A stretch of 64,000 nucleotides of DNA from the human T2T-CHM13v2.0 reference genome, Homo sapiens. The translations under genes were made by a program, and so were the position numbers. Location: NCBI RefSeq assembly GCF_009914755.1, contig NC_060936.1. One strand, given 5' to 3'. The notes under the pieces are model-generated. The model was not told the DNA's origin. It searched no databases and worked only from the letters and a program-made list of their open reading frames with translations. Below, piece by piece: positions 30,029 through 45,245 of this stretch. How positions within the stretch are numbered: the stretch's first letter is position 1; each line of letters starts with the position of its first letter.

Positions 30029-33000
30029 TAGTAAGTACAATTATTATCTTTCTTTTAGAGATGAGGAATAGCTTCCCTTCTGAACAGGTTGATCTGCAAG
30101 CTCCCATTGGTACATGATCACCTTTCTCTATATGTATGTAGAGCATTGTGGAATAGGTCCTTTTGTGACTATATCTCTCTAGTCCCAGTCTAAGCATGCT
30201 TTTCCTGGGAAAGATAACTTGCGGGATTGCATGAGCTCTGCTACTTCTGTGTTTGTAAGGTTCCCTCTGGTAAACTGTATTTTGCATTTGTATCATGTCT
30301 CATGAATGGAGTATATGTTCATATCTCCTTTGCACAGTGGTGAGATATTTCTGTGTTGGATTACTTTTGTCATTCAAAAAGAAAGCATGACCCTAAACCA
30401 ATAAAGCATGCCTTGAGGGTAAATATTGTATTTATAGAAATTCTTAAAATGGATTACAATCCAAGGATACCCTGTCTCTCCTGCTCTGTGCCTAGCCTGT
30501 AACTGGCATTCTACTACCTAGAAGAGTAAGCTGGTTAACACATCCCTTGGCTTGACTCAAAAACCACCTGTGTCTGTGAGTGGACTTTCTGGAAGCTCTA
30601 ACTTCTTGCTTCCCATGTGGGCTCCAGTGAGCACTAACTTCACTGGAAGAAGGTGTTTGGAGGAAAAGTCCAAATCCCTTCCTAAGAGATCAATACATCT
30701 GAATGAGATACTGATATTTTTCCCCTTACCATATATGCCCAGAGCCTCTTTTTTCCGGAAATTATTTCTGCTAGTTCTAAGTCATTTGGTTTCTTTGATT
30801 TCTTTCCCCCTACCCTCCTAGGATTACATTTGAAATCCTTTATTTTTATTTGCTGTAAAAATGTGGGTCAAAGAATTCCACATTCCAGTTTGTTCCCATC
30901 ATCCCTTACAGCTATTTGCTTTGTGGGTGTAGGCCAGTTTTTGCTATTTTTTTTTATCTCAAACAGCAAGTCCTTTTAGAGGCAATGTTGTCATCCATTG
31001 GTTTTTCTGCAAACAGTCTGCGTTCTTTGGTATTTCTTAGAATCATTTAAAATTTCCTGTTGGATAAGATTTTGTTCTACTGAAATTCCATTTGCAGTGT
31101 TTTTCCTGTTAGTTTAAAAATACACATATACACACAGAGAATCTTTCTTTTCCACCATCCACCCTTCTTTCCATTGTTTATTAGCTTTGGCTACAGAGGC
31201 GTTCTAGAGTTTAATACCATCCAGCTCTGTCTCACTGACAGGGATGCTCATGCTACAAGGAGAAAAGTCCTAGGAGAGGAGCAAGTGCAGTGGAGCTGAA
31301 CTTTAACATGTGAGGTGTGGAAGTCAGGAGGTCAGAACAAAACTGGCTGCTGCTCTGCTGTGTGGTGGGCAGGGCTGTCTGTCTCTGGGAGGTTCTCCTG
31401 AGGTGATTGTTGCCACTGCAGCATCGTAGGAGAGTAGAAGTCAGCAATGGGCAGGTTGGGGCAGTAACTGAGAAGCAGAGCCATTAACAGCCCAAATCCA
31501 GTCCTGGTGCAAATGATAATGAGATCTTTACTTTTCTTCCTTTTCTTTCTCTCATTCCTCTCTCTACTCCTCACCTTTCCTCTCCTTGGACCCTCATACT
31601 GTCTTATTAGCTCTCTTCTTTAATATAGAAGAAAATGCTGGCATGAAAATGCACTATTCAAAGACTAAACTGTGTAATTGCAACAGAAAATCTGGTGCTA
31701 TTCAGGACAACAGGGGCAGCATAGCAGAGCTGTCCTGTTAAGCTTTGCTCTACAGGGCAGGTCATGACTGTGGTGTACTTTCCTTCTCCTTAATTCCAGT
31801 CCTGACCCTTGCAAAGAAGTAAGAGGTAGATGAGTTGAGAAATATTGCTGGGATGTAAGTCTGCTGAGTCTCAGAGTCCATCTCTGCTTTTGCAAGCCTC
31901 TTCCATAGACAGGCCCCAGTTCTTTCCTTTAGTCACACTGCGTGCGCATCATGTGCCAAGTATTGTGCTGGGGATATAGTGGTAGTCAATATAAAAACAA
32001 TGCCCGCCCTCATATACCAGCAAGGTACAAAAGCTGTTGAGGTAATTGCAAGTGTAAGTAGTGTTGCCCAAAAGCATATTAAGGATACAATGGAAGCACG
32101 CAGTGAGAGAGCTGATCTGGTCTCCTTTATGTGTAGGCTTGGCCCTGCCTACACTATCATCAGCCCTTGTCCAGCTGCTGACCCTTAGAATCTGACTTGC
32201 CAGCAAAGACCTAGGAAGCCCTGGGCATCCATGTCGACTGGACAGATAACAGCCTTCCCCAGGCACCTACCATGTTAACGCACTATGTTTGCACTTTGAT
32301 CATTTCCATAGCCCTGCACTCTAGTTCTTTTGCCCTTTCAAATGTTCTTAGTTCTTGCCAGGTCCCTCCCCTATAAAACCAAGTCCTTTCTCTGATACCT
32401 TCAGCCACTGGCTGGGCTCTGCTGGGATTGACCCACTCTCCATCCACCTGACTTTGATTCTAGCCTGTCACTGGAACTCCCACTGACGTGTCCCACACTT
32501 TAGATTGAACCAACCTGTCATCTAAACCAAACCACGCTGGGCCTGGACCACAGAGTTTCCAGAGCTCCTTCGGTTCACCCTCAGTCCTTACTCTTCTGGT
32601 TCCTGGTTTTTCCCTCTCCTCTTTCATTTTGCTGTGACCCAACAGCAAAGTTTGTGGCTAAGTCTGAGAGTGACACTCTGGGCTTGTTGGCAACTGAATA
32701 GCTATTGATTTGTTCTTTCTCCTTTGCACACATTGTTAAGTATTGAATAATTAGTCAACAAAAATATCCTGAGAGCCCACCATGCACTATTCTGAGCACT
32801 GAGGAAATGCCAGTGAACAAAACAAAGATCCCTGAACTTCCACACATGCCCATCCATTCTGTGTGTGCTCTCTGTGAATGTAGAGCTTGAAAATCAGAGG
32901 GACTCTGACATGAGATCAGTCAGGCCCTCTACTCAATGTACAAGACACACTGTGCTTCCAAATCTCCAAGTTTCTCAAGACCAAGGGACCCAGGTGTTGC

Positions 33001-33042
33001 CTTATTTCCATGCCTCTCACTTCCACTACTGAAAATAAATCC

Positions 33043-33325
33043 AGCCAGGCACAGTGGCTCACATCTGTAATCCTAGCACTTTGGGAGGTTGAGGTGGGAG
33101 GACTGTTTGAGACCAGCCTGTCTCTACAAACATAAAAAAAAATAATAAAAAATTAGCTAGGTGTGGTGGGTGCGTGCCTATGGTCCTAGTTACCCAAGAG
33201 GCTGAGGCTAGAGGATCACTTCAGCCTGGGAGGTCCAGGCTGCAGTGAGTTGTCATTGCACCACTGCACTTTAGCCTGGGTGACAGAGTGAGACCCTGTC
33301 TAAAAAAAGGAAAAAAAAGAAAAGG
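33043..33325 (+). mobile_element. Alu (AluJ-like) with left-arm deletions
   Basis: Alu body and A-rich tail. Confidence 0.92.
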
Positions 33326-33552
33326 AAATGAAATGAATCCCCATGTGGACTGTTTCCAAACCACCCTGCTATAAGCATGACGTCAACTCACAAATTGCTG
33401 CACCAAGTTTATAAACTACAACTGATAAATGAGTTTCTGGCTTGTAAATCAAATAATTGCCCTTTGAGACTTGCAGAATGGACAACACAGATTGCTCATT
33501 GCTGACACAAAGATTCTAAGCTAAGTTTTCTAATTTCAGAGACTTTAACCAG

Positions 33553-34079
33553 GCTATTAAGGGAACACAAACTTGACTTTCTCTCTAATTAAAGCCTATT
33601 ATAATATAATAACATAGCTCACTGCTGGATAAATACTCCTTTATTTTTCACTCCAACAGTACCTAATTTGGTGGCACGGACACACACACGTTCTATATAG
33701 GGCTTATAACCTGAACATATGTGTAGCTGTCTTTGCATTTTTTAGCTGTTTTGTTCTATGTTTTGCCTCTCTTCTTAGTTTCAGAGTTCACTTATTGACT
33801 ATGATAATTACTGAGCAAACAAATATGACCTATTAAGGGCAATTACTGTTAAGCATAATTTTTAAATCATGCCCTAGGACCAAACACTTTTCTTGAGCCT
33901 TGAGACAAATGTCCCACATGCTGGCTGAGTAGCAAAAAAGCAGAGGTTGGGATGATCTCCTGGGTGCTGCCAGCAAGCACAGGAATGTGCCAGTGATGTC
34001 AGGCAGAGCAGGGCAGGCATCAGATAGCTGGAGTGGGGAACTGGCCATGTGGTGTGATGTGAGAGATTTCCAAAAAAGG
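33553..34079. promoter_or_regulatory. CArG-box cluster, candidate SRF enhancer
   Basis: Perfect CC(A/T)6GG at 33662, 33829, 34070; one-mismatch boxes at 33553, 33692. Confidence 0.5.
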
Positions 34080-34489
34080 TCCTGGACTGAAAAAGTCCTT
34101 CCTCTCTGCTACAGACAGGGGCTGTGATTGTTGGAATGAGTGTGAGGTAAGCCTCACCACTCCGACTTCTAGCCTGTGTCTGCCAACATCTCATTCAACA
34201 GGATGTAAATCTGGGGAGGAAGCCTCTGTCCTCAGGCTCCTGGCTCCTGGCTCCTGGTATGGAGCTAAGAGGTTTCATGGTCTGTCCTGGCTCCCAGGCT
34301 GATGTCTGTGACCTCCACAGATGGAATCTGCCTTCTTTTATTCCATTCTTGTTTTCCCAAACATTTAGCAATGCCTTTTAAGAGCACATGTTGGACACTG
34401 AGAACACATGGCAAAATTATATGTATGTCCCTTCTCTCAAGGATCTGATGAGGATTTAAAAAAAATAAACATTTTTAAAAAGAAGCAAA

Positions 34490-34737
34490 TGAGGAGGATC
34501 TTTGTGGTGACCGAATACTTCTGTGTCCTGATTACAGTAGTGGTTTCATGAATCTACACTTGATAACATATCAGAGAACTATATACATTGTTTTAATGTC
34601 AGTTTCCTGGTTTTGATATTGTACTATAGTTATATAAAATATAACCATTGGGGGAAACTGCGTGAGGATACAGGGGACCTCTCTGTACTATCTCTGTAAC
34701 TCTCTGTGACTCTAGAATTATTTCAAAATAAAGAAGT
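34490..34737 (+). mobile_element. Old L1M 3' end
   Basis: ttttgatattgtactatagtt...accattgggggaaactg...atttcaaaataaa. Confidence 0.75.
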
Positions 34738-34859
34738 AGTTGCTCTCATTTCCATGTTTTGCCCAAGAACGTAGGTTAAGGGAAATTTAATGACTTGGTT
34801 AAAATGACAACAGAGTGTGAGCGTTAAGCAAGTGCATATTTAGGTCAAGTCAGGGGGGA

Positions 34860-36760
34860 AACCTGGACTGTTTCTGTAGATCTGGGAATCATCAGCCTTG
34901 ACATGATAATTAATGGTGTAGAAGTGGGTAAGGCCACTGGTGAAGAAGGTTGGAGAGCTGAAAACAGCATCATCAAAGAGGTGAATAAAGAGACTGAGAT
35001 GGGAGGAGCCAGAGAGAAAGGAGAAAAATCAAAAGAATCACTCCAATGGGAGTCCAGGGGAGAAATGAATGTCCAGAGTCAAATGCTGCTGAAAGGGCAA
35101 GAGGGATAAGGACTGGTGTCCTCTGACTTCTGCCACAGGGAGATCACCTGTGACTGATTGGAAATGAATGAGAGGAGACTGGAGGCCACATGTCTAAGAT
35201 ACTATTTCAATAAACTCTGGTGTAAAGAGCAGGAGAGAGACAGCACAATAGATGGAATGGGATGTGGATTTGACCGAGAGTTGTTTGTTTTAAGATGGGA
35301 GAGAGGAGGAGAGGGACAGCACAATAGATGGAATGGGATGTGGATTTGACCGAGAGTTGTTTGTTTTAAGATGGGAGAGAGGAGGTGAGAGAGACAGTCG
35401 TTGAAGACTCACGAGGGAGACGAGGCAATCAACTGAGGAGAGTGGCCAAGCAGCTGGAAGGGACAGGACCAAGAATAGGCAGAGAAGTTTGGCCTTAGAT
35501 AAGAGAGAAATGCATCCTCTAATGAAGAGGTGAGGAGGGAGAAGTGATGGGTATGGATGTGGGCGGCATGTTAGAATTGTTGGCAGGAACTTGGCAAGTT
35601 CCATTCTGAGATCTTCAATATTCCTTTGTGAACTAGGAGACAAGGTCATCTGCTGAGAGTGAGGAGACAAGAGCATCAGAGATTTGCAATGATGAGAGGA
35701 ATTTTGAGCTGGTTGTAGGGAGGGGGGATGAGGGTAACTAGGGTAACACGTCAAGGAGACTGGAACAGGACGGCTGCAACATGTGCTGTTGGTGCCCCGT
35801 TGAATCCCCTTGGCACTCATGGTTCAGGTACAAACATGCTGACAGCTTTTTATTGCAGGCACCTACAGCTTTGCCTGGGGGGTGTTCTCTAGCTGGGAGC
35901 TTGTGTGACTTGTGCATAAGGCAGCCTGGAATAAAAGGGAGTTAATGCCACCGAGAGCCATTCTCAACCAATGACAGAGAGAAATATGGGGGCCAACTCA
36001 CAGGTGGGCTCTTGGAGGTCTCCAGTGGAACTGAGCCCACTGTAGTAATCTGCTCATCAACACACCCTGTGTTGGTTTCCTCCACTCTGTCCCGTTTCCC
36101 TCTCCGTCTCTGTCTCTCTTCTCTCTCTCCTGTTCATTCTTTTACTTGGGTTTATCTCCAAATAAACCACTTACATTCAGATCCTTGTCTCAGGCTCTGC
36201 CTTTGAGGGAACTGCACCCAAGAAAAGGGCCTAGTCGGAAAGGGCCCGGATAAGTATCATTATACTTGTCTACCAAGATGTGATCATCTAGCAGTGCTTG
36301 GCAGCCTAGGTATGAAAAACAAAAACAAAGGATAGGAGCTTTTGTTGCAGATGCAGTGAGAATAATGAGGCGAAGGTACTTAAAATATTGGCAGGAGAAA
36401 GTGTGAAATGATGGATCATTAAGTCTAAGATGAATGGGGGCGTGGATTAGAGGACCTGAAGTAAAAAGGGAACAAATGTATTATGACAGTTAGGCATGCC
36501 AGTTGAGAGGATAAGAGACTGTGATTAGAGAGAGGGATACCTGATTTAGTAATGTTAGAGATGAGGCAGTTTGTGTGTACTGTGGCCTTGAGAGCATGTG
36601 ACTGTAGAGTATCAATCTACTGCATTTTATTGAAAATGAGGCATTCAAAATTTCCTGAGACTAGAAATGGGATGATATGTCCACACAGATATTTAAGTAA
36701 CCTTGGATGATAGTGGTTTGAAAGACTATATGTCAGTTGCCAGAGTCTTTAATTAAGGGT
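34860..36760 (-). mobile_element. L2 region with an LTR16-like insert (about 35780-36225, plus strand)
   Basis: gagtcaaatgctgctg (L2); ccaaataaaccacttacattcagatccttgtctcaggctctgc (LTR16). Confidence 0.7.
35231..35385. repeat. Tandem duplication, 76-bp period
   Basis: 35239-35309 identical to 35315-35385. Confidence 0.97.
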
Positions 36761-36763
36761 AGA

Positions 36764-37062
36764 GGCCAGGCTCAGCAGCTCATGCCTGTAATCCCAGCAC
36801 TTTGGATTCAAGGCAGGAGGACCGCTTGAGGCCAAGAGTTTGAGACCAGCCTGGACAGCATACTGAGACCTTGTCTCTACAAAAAAATAAACAAATAAAA
36901 TTAAGCTAGGTGTGACAGCGTGTGCCTGTGGTCCTAGCTACTTAGGGGGCTGAGCTGGGGGGATCACTTGAGCCCAGGAGGTCGAGGCTGCAGGGAGCTG
37001 AGATCACACCAGTCGGTGACAGAGTGAGACCCTGTCTCAAATAACAATAACAATAACAATAA
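36764..37062 (+). mobile_element. Alu (AluJ-like)
   Basis: Alu body, (AATAAC)n tail. Confidence 0.92.
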
Positions 37063-37182
37063 TAGTAGAATGATCAGAAACTCTGCTGATGAGGAAGGAT
37101 AACAGTTGACATCATTGAATAAATGGGCCTCAAGGTATCAATAATTGAAGCCATCTCTCTGTGTTTATATATTCAGCTTTTG

Positions 37183-37213
37183 AAACCCGCAATTACTTTT
37201 GCACCAACCTAAT
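37183..37213. mobile_element. MADE1 (Hsmar1 MITE) half element
   Basis: cgcaattacttttgcaccaacctaata is the mariner TIR. Confidence 0.8.
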
Positions 37214-37214
37214 A

Positions 37215-38065
37215 GATTTGCGTCACTCTTTTTAAGGGCTGCATAGTGTTCCATGGATGCTTAGACCACAATTTACTTAGCCAACCCCTACTGAGGAACA
37301 CTGAAGTTGTTTCCTGTTTTTCAAAAGTATAAATAAAGTGTGAGTACCTGTTTTCAAATTTGTATTATCTCTTTGGAGTAAAGTCTGACAAGTAGAATTG
37401 TTGCAGTGAAGAGTCTGCACATCTTATGTTTGATACTTCTTGTCAGATAGCCCTTTCGAGAAGTTGTGCTATTTTATATACCCGCGGAAAAAACACAAAG
37501 TGTGTGTTTCTCCTAACCATGTCAATGCATGTGTTTGATCAATTTTTAGAGATCTTTGCCAGTCTGATAGATGAAAATCATTTCATTATTGTTTAATTTG
37601 CCTTCTGAATATTTGTGAATTGAACATTTTTCCATGTTTGTTGACCATTTGCATTTTTAATTTATCTGTGACTTATACCCATTATTTTCTATTAGATTGT
37701 TAATTTTTCTTGATTTATGTAAGCTCTTTTATTATTGTGTGGATATTAACCCTTTGCCTTTGGACAGTATTGTTAATATTTTCCTGAGTTTGTCATTTGT
37801 CTTTCAACTTTGTGTATGATTTTTTTGCCACACAGAAGTTTTCAATTGTACTCAACATTATTTATCATTATTTTTCCCCTGTATTATTTTATTTTTGTGT
37901 TTTAAAGTGTTCACATGTAAATTTTTAGCCTGTCTAATTTATTTGGTGCAATGAGGTAAGGATTTAATATTTTCTTGCTAATTACTAGCCAATCTTCCCA
38001 ATATTTTTTAAAGATCCTGCCATTTCTTCAGGGATTTGAATGCCACTTTTCGTCACATACTCAAG
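37215..38065 (-). mobile_element. Old L1M(E) fragment
   Basis: ctttgccagtctgatagatgaaaa; ttgaacatttttccatgtttgttgaccattt. Confidence 0.75.
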
Positions 38066-39194
38066 TGCCTAGGTCTCCCCCATCCTCCCACCCTCTGCAA
38101 TCCTGGGCCTCTACCTAGTGTCAGAGTGTGAGCCCCAGCCTAGCCCCTAGCTCAACAGCAGCCAGGGGAATTGAGCAGTGTCTCAGATGGAGTCCGGGAA
38201 GCAGGGGGAGAGGGTGGGATGGCTGTAGCATTGCAGCAGCACTTGGGGAACAAGACTGACTCACACAGTGACTGGAACATTCATGGGCGGCTCCTTCGAA
38301 GCACAAAAATAAATGGGTATTTAACAGCAAAGTGGCAGACTGCCTAGGCATTTACTCCCTGGACTGCAGCACTGGGATGAGGGCTCCTCCATTCTGGCCA
38401 TTGCTTTAGGTGCTGCTATGATTGCCACTTGCAGCAGACCTATCCCCTGATCACAGCTCCAGGATCTGCCTGGGTGAACATTGATCTCTAGCTGGAATCA
38501 GAGGGGACACCCAGATTCTGGTGCCCCCGCCAGACCCTGCTCTAGATTATTTCCCTCCCTTTGTTACCGCTTTCAGGAGCCATTGCCTTTCTTTTGGGCT
38601 GTCAACCTGTATACACCGATTCTTCCCTCTTTTCACTCAGTGGCGCTGTGGCTTCTCGTCTAAGAGTGGCTAGTCTACAAGTTTGAATACACCCTTCTAA
38701 ATCCTCACATTACTTTTTCTAGGGACAGCTTCCTTAAATCCTTATACAATCATATACTTCAAAAGAGAGTTATATTTAGTGTTTCAAAGGTTAAAATAAA
38801 TAAAACAATAAAGTTTAATCTGTATTAAGGCATTCTGCTACATAAATTCTTGAGCAAAAAATATGTTTATAATTCGGGAGACTTAACCATCACTATTGCT
38901 CCTCGTATCATTCCAAGAACCTCAGTGACATTGGTGCTGCTTCTGCTGGTGCTCAGCCAGTGGAGTTTACTGCTGGTCTCTCCATCCCCAGAGCCTCTGT
39001 TGCTCCAGTACCCAGAGGTGGGTTACCCATCCCTAAAGTCCTTTGAATTCAGCCATTATTGCTATTCCTGCTACTGTCTTCAATCACCAAGCCCAACCTA
39101 CCACCCAAGTCTCATGTTTATTGATGTTGTAAGTCCTTGCGTTTGGAGAAGGGGCAGAAGGTGCAACCTACCCTACCCTCTTCTTTGTAGGCCT

Positions 39195-39392
39195 AGGGCT
39201 GCCACAGATGTTTGTGCAGTTTGAGCCCTGCGCAAAGGTGCCTGTCTGAGGGGCAGACGGAGGCTGAAATTCAGTGCTCAACACAGGAGTCCTGCCATCT
39301 TGCTAGGGTAGTGAGTGGGTACTGGGTCTGCCTCAAGGAGGGCATGACTTTCTAATTTGCACAAAGGTCCTGTATGGGCTGGCAGCAAGCAG
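39195..39392. mobile_element. MER91-like hAT element
   Basis: ttgtgcagtt...gcgcaaaggtgcc...ctaatttgcacaaagg. Confidence 0.55.
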
Positions 39393-39839
39393 TCCTGGGG
39401 CAAGACTTGGAGAAACCATAAGGCAGCCCAGAGTTTTAGCCTTTTGCATTAGGAAAATAGACCAGCCCTCTCACAGTATTTACTGGGAAGATCCATTTTA
39501 GGTGTTAAACATTTTAGGTACTTGTGAGTTTCTCTCAGTCCTTTCTGATGGGAAGCCATTGGCCACTCATTGACTGTACATCAAACAAATGTGAACATTT
39601 ACCTCTTCTTCCCTTTGGCTGAGAGGCATCTGTCAGAAAGAGGCTCTTCATTAGCCCTCTTTCTTGTCTTTCCAGAAGCTTAAGAATTTGTTTGTAAATA
39701 GGATAGCCCACACCCTGAAAAAGAAGACAGAGAACATCTATGGAATTGTCAACTCAATACCCTTCCAGCCCCCTTCTCTTAGGAACTGTCACTCCTCCTC
39801 CATTTCTCCCTCCCCTTTACACCCACATCTATGTTAGAG

Positions 39840-40291
39840 GCTGTCATTTTCTTATATGACCACAGCTCCTGTTGGGTTTGACTCAACTGGGGCTCAAAGT
39901 TTTTCTCTGGGATTTTTCTAATTAAAATAAAGAGGGACTGTCCCTCTCAAAGAGTAAAGCTATAAGGTGAAAAAAGGGGGAAAAAGGAAGTTGTGTATGG
40001 TTAGGTTTGCTTTCTGGTAGAGAAAGTTGATCTACAATGAACAAGAATGGGAGTAGCACGTAGAAAGAGGCAGAGATTCCAAACAGAGAAGAAGGGAGTC
40101 CTGGCAGCCGTCCAGTTCTTGGTTCCCATAGTTCCTTGAGGCCTAGCTGCATTACAATTTTCCCCATCATTTGGTTACTCACCTCCTTCTTGGATTTTCT
40201 AAACCAGCAACCCCCACACCCTACCCCATTTTGTTAGGCTAATTCAAGCTATGTTTCTATCACTTTGCAACCAAGAGCTCTGCTTTCTACA
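39840..40291 (+). mobile_element. MLT1 LTR (old)
   Basis: 3' end tttctatcactttgcaaccaagag...ctaca. Confidence 0.6.
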
Positions 40292-41356
40292 AAGGCAAAT
40301 AAAGTACCCTAGGGATGCTTTGCTTTCCTAGTTAGACTCCACTGGGCCTGACTATAAAGATTATTTCACATAGGTAAAACCCAGAGGTCTGTTGGGTCAT
40401 CTGTCACTTGGATTGCTAAATAGGGTTTACTACCTGCTGAAGTTTTACAATAAGGGGAATAGTTAAGAAAATGGGTCCAGCAGGATTTTCGGTTCACAAT
40501 AATGTTAATTTCCTGAGAAAACCACTTGACCTCAGACAAGGCATTTTCTTTTTCTAGAAACAAGGCGTTTTCTTTTTCTTGAGGATTGTTTTATTTTGTT
40601 TTGTTTTTAAATAACAAAGTGCTATTGTATAGTAGACATTCTTGAGATGACTTCCTTTCTATACACATATATGAGCAAATTAAATAGGGACATAAGCAGA
40701 ATAAATGGTATTGAAAATGTACATTCATGAAGCTCAATTTGAAGAATCTCTGCTGAGGTTTTGCCCATGTTTTCACAATGTCATTATAAACCTATTTTTC
40801 ATGCTTGCATTAATGACATTTATTAAGTGACCATTCATCGATATCTACTTTGCAAAAACTCTATGGAAGCAACAGAATTGAACAAAAGAGTTCCTTACCA
40901 TGGGGTGTTTATAACCCTATCTTGAGACACACTTGTAAAAAAATTAATATAAGGCCAATTGATATGAATGCTGTGACAGACACAATGAAGGATTCTGGAA
41001 GCATTAAGGAAGGAGAGACTAATCCCAGCTGGGGTGGAACATAACTGGCTCTCCATGTGGCAGATTCACATTAACCAAGCTCTGAGAAATTATCTACAAA
41101 TCTGCAATTCAACGTTACTGTTTTTCAAGGACAACTTTCTGACAAGGGTCTAGACACTTCTTTGGTTGTATATGAGCTTACTACAGTACCTTTAAACTGA
41201 TACCTGACACTTCCCCAAATGAGATTATATTTTATGATGAATATTTCTCAAAATACTTCATAATTATCATGCTTACAGATTTCATAAGGCAAGAGAAAAG
41301 GCAGTGAGTGGTTTAATGGATACAGTCCAAAGGACAAATTTATTTCTAAAAATGAA

Positions 41357-41573
41357 CAAGGGTTGGCAAGCCTTTTCTGCAAAGGGCCAGATAGTGAATA
41401 TTTTCGGCTTTGCAGGCTATAAGATCTGTCCCAACTACTCCACAATGCTGTCTTAGATTAAAAGCAGCCACAGGCAATACATAAATGATATGCATAGCTG
41501 TGTTCCAATAAAACTTTATAAAAACAGGTAGAGAGCTGCATTTGGTTTGAGGACCATAGTTTGCTGACCTCTG
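41357..41573. mobile_element. MER58A-like hAT-Charlie element
   Basis: gggttggcaagccttttctgcaaagggccagatagt...catagtttgctgacctctg. Confidence 0.9.
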
Positions 41574-41788
41574 ACTTAAAATAAAGGAAAGAGACTAGGA
41601 ACATTTGATAAAAAAGATCCCGCTAGTATCGTATTGTGCATTGCGCAGAGAGATAAAGGTGAAAAAGACGCAGTCTAAAGTCCAGTGTAGTACGGGAAAT
41701 CAGTAAGAAAATAATCAGAATATGAGGCAAAAAGGAGTGAGTGCCTTAAGTGAGGAACAGATACTTCTGACTTAGAAAAGCCAGAAGG

Positions 41789-42086
41789 GGCCAGGCGCAG
41801 TGGCTCATGCCAGTAATCACAGCCTTTGGAAGTCCAAGGTGGGTGGATCACATGAAGCCAGGAGTTCAAGACCAGCAAAACATGGAGAAACCCCGTCTCT
41901 ACTAAAAATACAAAAATTAGTTTGGCATGGTGGCGTGCACCTGTAGTCCCAGCCATTCGGGTGGCTGAGGCACGAGAATCACTTGAACCCAGTAGGCGGA
42001 GGTTGCATTGAGCCAAGATTGCACCACTGCAATCCAGCCTGGGTGACAGAGGAGACTGTCTCAGAGAAAAAAAAAAAAAAAAAAAA
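41789..42086 (+). mobile_element. Alu (AluS-like)
   Basis: Full Alu, TSD aaaagccagaagg. Confidence 0.96.
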
Positions 42087-43184
42087 GCCAGAAGGCATAG
42101 GGTCTGCTCACCTGGAGAAAGGAAGAGGCATTTTAGAAAGGAGGAATTGTGTATGGAAATGAACATGACATTGGGCACAGCACTGGCAGGGCACAGGGAC
42201 AGTTAGAAAGAAAGTTCGTTACTTAGCTATGGGCCCATACCTTTCCCTCTCCCTGAGTCCTAGAGCTCCTTAACCAGTACCGTAAGAACGTTCCCCTCCT
42301 GCGAGCCTGCAGAAGGTCCCTGGCTCTTGTCAGATGAGATCATATTGAAATACAGTCTAGCAAGACCAATTCTAATAATGAGACTGGACTCCCTCACTTT
42401 GCACTTGTATTCCAAATGGACCAAAATGCCTTTTGTAGCCTAGAATAACCAGAGTAAAAAGGCCCTGCATTGAGGTTCTCCCAATGTCACTTATATGTCA
42501 CAAGTACCTTTGCCCCAAATAAGTATCTTTACACTTAGTAAAGCTAACGGGTGCAGTGTGAGAAAGCTAGTCATCTCTGGGCAAGGCTATAGTTCACATG
42601 ATGGTCCAGGAGGCAGGAGGGCTTAGGATTCTCTAGGCAGGGCTCCCTGTGGTGTTGAGAGTTCCTGTTCCAATGGTCTCCTCAAGGGTAGTCTGCACCA
42701 AAACTCATGTGGGCTCTGTCTTATAAAATAGTCAAATCAATGTAAATGAGAATAAAACATAAAATACTTTTAATCAGTGAGATCAGCAAAGATTAAATAT
42801 TTTTTAAATGATCAGAGTTAAGAAATGGATAGGGAATACATATGCTTGTTTTCTTTTGATGGGAGCATTAATTGGAACACAGATGCCATTAGTAGTTTGT
42901 ACAAAATACCTTTTGGTTTAGCATTTTTATTTTTAGAAATGTATTCTAAAGAATGATTGGACAAGTGTATCCAATATAATGATAACTGCAGCATTTTTTA
43001 TAGAGAACAATATAAATGTCCAGCAATAGACTCATTTAAATTAATAATGATACATTCAGATGATAGCTGTCATTCCAGCAATATAAGTAATATTTTAGAG
43101 AACATGTAATATGGAAGTACAATATATTGAATATTAGTTTACAAAATAGTATGATAGTATGATTATAAATTTATACAAAATACA

Positions 43185-43643
<459 letters not shown>

Positions 43644-44048
43644 TAAAAAGACTCTATATACATATATATACATTCCAGTAAGGGATTGGAAAATAAATTG
43701 TGGTACATCCATATGGTGGAGTATTATGTGGCTGTTAAAGAATGAGGTTGATCTATGTGCTGATATGCAAAGATGTCCATGATACATTATTAAATGGGAG
43801 AAGAAGGTTATATAGTAATATACATAGTATAATCTCATTTTTAAAAAAGTTTACATATGCATTAAGAAGTCTTTACAGGTAGTTATATCTTGGGTGAGGA
43901 AAGAAGGGGCTGTCCTGTTAATGGAATGCTGCATAACAACTCCCCTTAAAATGTGGTAGCACTATTCATGTATTAGCTCCCCCTGTTTATGTGAATCAGG
44001 AATTTGGGAGCTGCTTAACTGGGGAATTCTGCATCGGGGTTCCCATGA

Positions 44049-44661
<613 letters not shown>

Positions 44662-44888
44662 TAGTAGACTTCCTACATGGCAACTCAGGGCTCCAAAGAC
44701 ACAAGTGCAGAGAGAGAGAGAACCAGGCAGAAGCCATATTGCCTTTTATGATCTAGCCTTAGAAGTCGCTTTTGCCACAATCTATTGATCAAAAGCAGTT
44801 TCAAAGATCTGCCCAGGTCCAAAAGTTGGGAACCCAGACACTACCTCTCAATGGAGGAATGTCAACATCTCATTATAAGAAGAGTATG

Positions 44889-45245
<357 letters not shown>

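Noticed and set aside
30382-30413. Possible p53 response element (two CATG half-sites)
   Set aside because: One half-site is imperfect and the spacer is about 12 bp; weak.
35290-35820. 176-aa minus-strand ORF
   Set aside because: Low-complexity translation of L2/LTR16 sequence.
37183-37213. MADE1 as a miR-548-type hairpin
   Set aside because: Only one TIR remains, so it cannot fold back.
41675-42178. 167-aa ORF and many similar ORFs containing LSPRLECSG-type peptides
   Set aside because: Antisense Alu translation, not genes.
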